Of a stretch of DNA of 64,000 nucleotides, positions 61,788-64,000 are shown piece by piece. The position numbers and the translations under genes were made by a program. This DNA is from Psammoneis japonica (lineage: Eukaryota). The stretch's first letter is position 1. Each line of letters begins with the position of its first letter. The stretch spans positions 1 through 64,000 of the forward strand of contig QPGO01000123.1 in NCBI GenBank assembly GCA_008632985.1, read 5' to 3'. The notes under the pieces were generated by a model. The model did no database searches and had not been told where the DNA came from. It was given only the letters and a program-made list of their open reading frames with translations.

Positions 61788-62274
61788 GTGTGCAGTCGCG
61801 AGTGGAGGAGTTGAGTGTTTGCGACTAGATTTTGGCTTTCCTAATGTTAGCTGTGGAGGTGATTTAGACTACTCAAGTGTACCTTAGTTGTTTCCGTCAG
61901 CGACGAGAACGGGAGGTTGAAGAAGCATTCTGCCAATGTTCTTCTTGGACGGCCATGGGTTCAAAACGTTACGATAGCAACTCTAGTAGCATCTATCTTG
62001 ATATACCTCATACTTTGTTGGTCTCAATATCAGTACCGGTATGCAGTATAGCACAACAAAACGAATATGTAAAGGAGAGCTAAAGTTTAGCTACAGTCCG
62101 TTAGATAAGAAAAGATAGAATTAGAAATTGTCTTTCATTGCGTCTGTCAGCCATTCCATTCGTCACAGCGCACCTGCACCCAATGCGATAGCGAAAAGCC
62201 CTACTACCGGTATCCTGACGCCTCACGGATGATGATGTTCTGCCTCTTGCAATTTATTATACTGCTCAAGCTTT

Positions 62275-63507
62275 TTAACACGCATTGGCCACCGGGACAT
62301 TCAACACATCTAAGGATGAGTTGCAGTTTGAAATGTAGTTTGCATCTGGGAATCCGTGTGGGCCACCTTGAAGAGAAGTTTTGTGATGTATCGAAGCCCA
62401 AGTGACAGCGTTGTCAGCACCGGATGTAAGAGACGTCCCCACTCGAAATGTCAAACCGTGAGTCCATGCATATTTCAATCGTAAAAGCAACTGCCGACCT
62501 TCGTCATTGTTGGGGAGATAGGCTGTACGTACAGTGCCGTTGAATCTATGACCCGGATTCTCGTGATAGGAGCGTTGGTTGCCCGAGGGAATGTCGTACG
62601 TGATCTCAATAGCCTTGGTATGCGGAAACCCCGGACAGTCCATACGTGTCATGGTGATGCTCATTTCACCCGAGGGGCTCTTCCCTTGCGGTTCCCCAAT
62701 GGGTATGCGGCATGCGGGGCATTTCACGTCGTGATTGAGGTAGTCAAGGATGCATTTCGAGTGAAACGCGTGTGCACAGCCCTGAACATGCACAAACCGC
62801 TGCTGAGAGAGAGGTTCCATACAAATGAGACAGTCCCCGGAGGCTCCTGAAGCATTCGATGATGGTGGCCTTAAACATCCCGTCACGGCGGTGCTTGTTG
62901 CAAAGGATTCTGGAGCTGAATAATTGATTGTCTCGTTACGAACAGCGTTGGCCGGAACTGGTACCGGCGGTGGTAGTGGCGAGGTCGTGTTGGAGTTCGT
63001 GCCGACTTGAGAATCAGAAGAAGGTGCTTTTAGCACATCCAGCACATTGTTGCAGACTGCAATGTAATTGCTGTCTGGCCATCCACACTGGCCGCCCTCC
63101 AGAGATGTTTTGTGAGGGACTTGGGCCCAGATCAGAACATCTTGCTCTCCCGTTGTCTGAGACGTGCCAATGTCGAAAATGAGGCCCCGAGACCAGGCGT
63201 GCTTGAAGCGATCGAGAAGTTTGCGGCCTTCGCTCGTGTTGGGAAGGTACGCCTTGCGTGTGGATCCAGCGAAGGGGTTCCCAGGATTCTCGTGGTACGC
63301 GTGTTGAATTCCGGATGGAATTTCGTACGTAATCTCGATTGTCTTGGATTTCGGAGTGCTTGGGAAACTTTTTTTCTTGGTCACTCGTACAATCATTGTT
63401 CCCGATGGTGAAAGGCCACTGGTGGAAGAGCCTGCTGCATCAAGACTGGGAGGAGCAAAGTACGGGATCTTCTCCGAGCGATTGGCAAACGAAATGGAAC
63501 GTAGCAT
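62275..63507 (-). CDS. Deltex-like E3 ubiquitin ligase with DTC-RING-DTC architecture
   Basis: Two Deltex C-terminal domains (ITY.IPSG.Q..YHENPG..F.G..R.AYLPN..EGR..L..AW..GL.F..GTS.T.G...W..HKT) flanking a RING-H2 (CLIC..CAHAFH..C..CPAC). First ATG at 63507 assumed as start. Confidence 0.9.
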   Translation of the reverse strand: MLRSISFANRSEKIPYFAPPSLDAAGSSTSGLSPSGTMIVRVTKKKSFPSTPKSKTIEITYEIPSGIQHAYHENPGNPFAGSTRKAYLPNTSEGRKLLDRFKHAWSRGLIFDIGTSQTTGEQDVLIWAQVPHKTSLEGGQCGWPDSNYIAVCNNVLDVLKAPSSDSQVGTNSNTTSPLPPPVPVPANAVRNETINYSAPESFATSTAVTGCLRPPSSNASGASGDCLICMEPLSQQRFVHVQGCAHAFHSKCILDYLNHDVKCPACRIPIGEPQGKSPSGEMSITMTRMDCPGFPHTKAIEITYDIPSGNQRSYHENPGHRFNGTVRTAYLPNNDEGRQLLLRLKYAWTHGLTFRVGTSLTSGADNAVTWASIHHKTSLQGGPHGFPDANYISNCNSSLDVLNVPVANAC

Positions 63508-64000
63508 GGTCGTTGTCTGTTCTGACAAAGCCGATTTCAGCCTGGTCTCGCTTCAGAAAATAATGAACGCGAGATTTGCTTTCATATCTTTTTTTGAGTC
63601 GTGCCGACAAAGCTCCGGAAGATATCTTCCAAGAAAATTCTGACACCAGGGCTTAATTGTTGACGATAAATTCTGACAGTCGGTCATACTGTAAGTAATC
63701 ATCACCTCGTGCGTACGCGTCATAGGCAACTCAAAAAGATTTGAGTCGTGCCGGGAAATCGAGCAAAGATTGCAGGAATTCCAGATATCGCCTCATTTCT
63801 TCGTCTCTCTTCCTTTTGAAAGATGCGGCTACCTTCTATTTCCCGTCTACATGGTCTAGCAGTGTTGCTCTGTACAGGCACTTTGGTTCATTCTAGGGTG
63901 CTTCAAGCCGATGAAAGGAGACGAGTCTTCATCCCTGGTCTTTTCGATGCCAAGAACTTTGGCTGGGGCGAGGAGGTGAGTCGAAATTAATGTGTTCTGA

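Noticed and set aside
52371..63937. Ac/Ds-like TIR pair TAGGGATGAA (52371) and TTCATCCCTG (63928)
   Set aside because: There is no matching 8-bp TSD (CATTTATT versus GTCTTTTC), and the pair encloses housekeeping genes; likely chance.
1..64000. CRISPR arrays, rRNA or tRNA genes
   Set aside because: None seen; the only tRNA-like sequence is the short CoDi PBS match.

Overview
Eukaryotic nuclear DNA, most likely a diatom (inferred from a delta-carbonic anhydrase, CoDi-type copia and Ambal-like retroelements, and short GT-AG introns). About 1-52.1 kb and 56.3-58.5 kb are mostly a nested transposon cluster. It holds a full Ty3/gypsy element (291-bp LTRs, CTCAC TSD), a full CoDi Ty1/copia (277-bp LTRs, GAAGA TSD) inserted into a CRE-like non-LTR element, a second younger CRE-like element, a decayed Ambal-like LINE and several relics. 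Host genes are a delta-CA, a bacterial-type ClsC/PLD, a ULP1 SUMO protease, phosphomannomutase and a DTC-RING-DTC Deltex protein. The main signal is a regional, double-stranded TpA->TpG/CpA (A:T->G:C) hypermutation of repeats, opposite in direction to fungal RIP. Conserved Tyr codons become Cys or His. Sister LTRs differ almost only at TA/TG/CA sites, while CpG is largely intact in young elements. Old elements are nearly TpA-free, domain edges are sharp, and the delta-CA gene beside an LTR is also hit. All alignments and counts were done by eye; the mechanism and novelty are inference.
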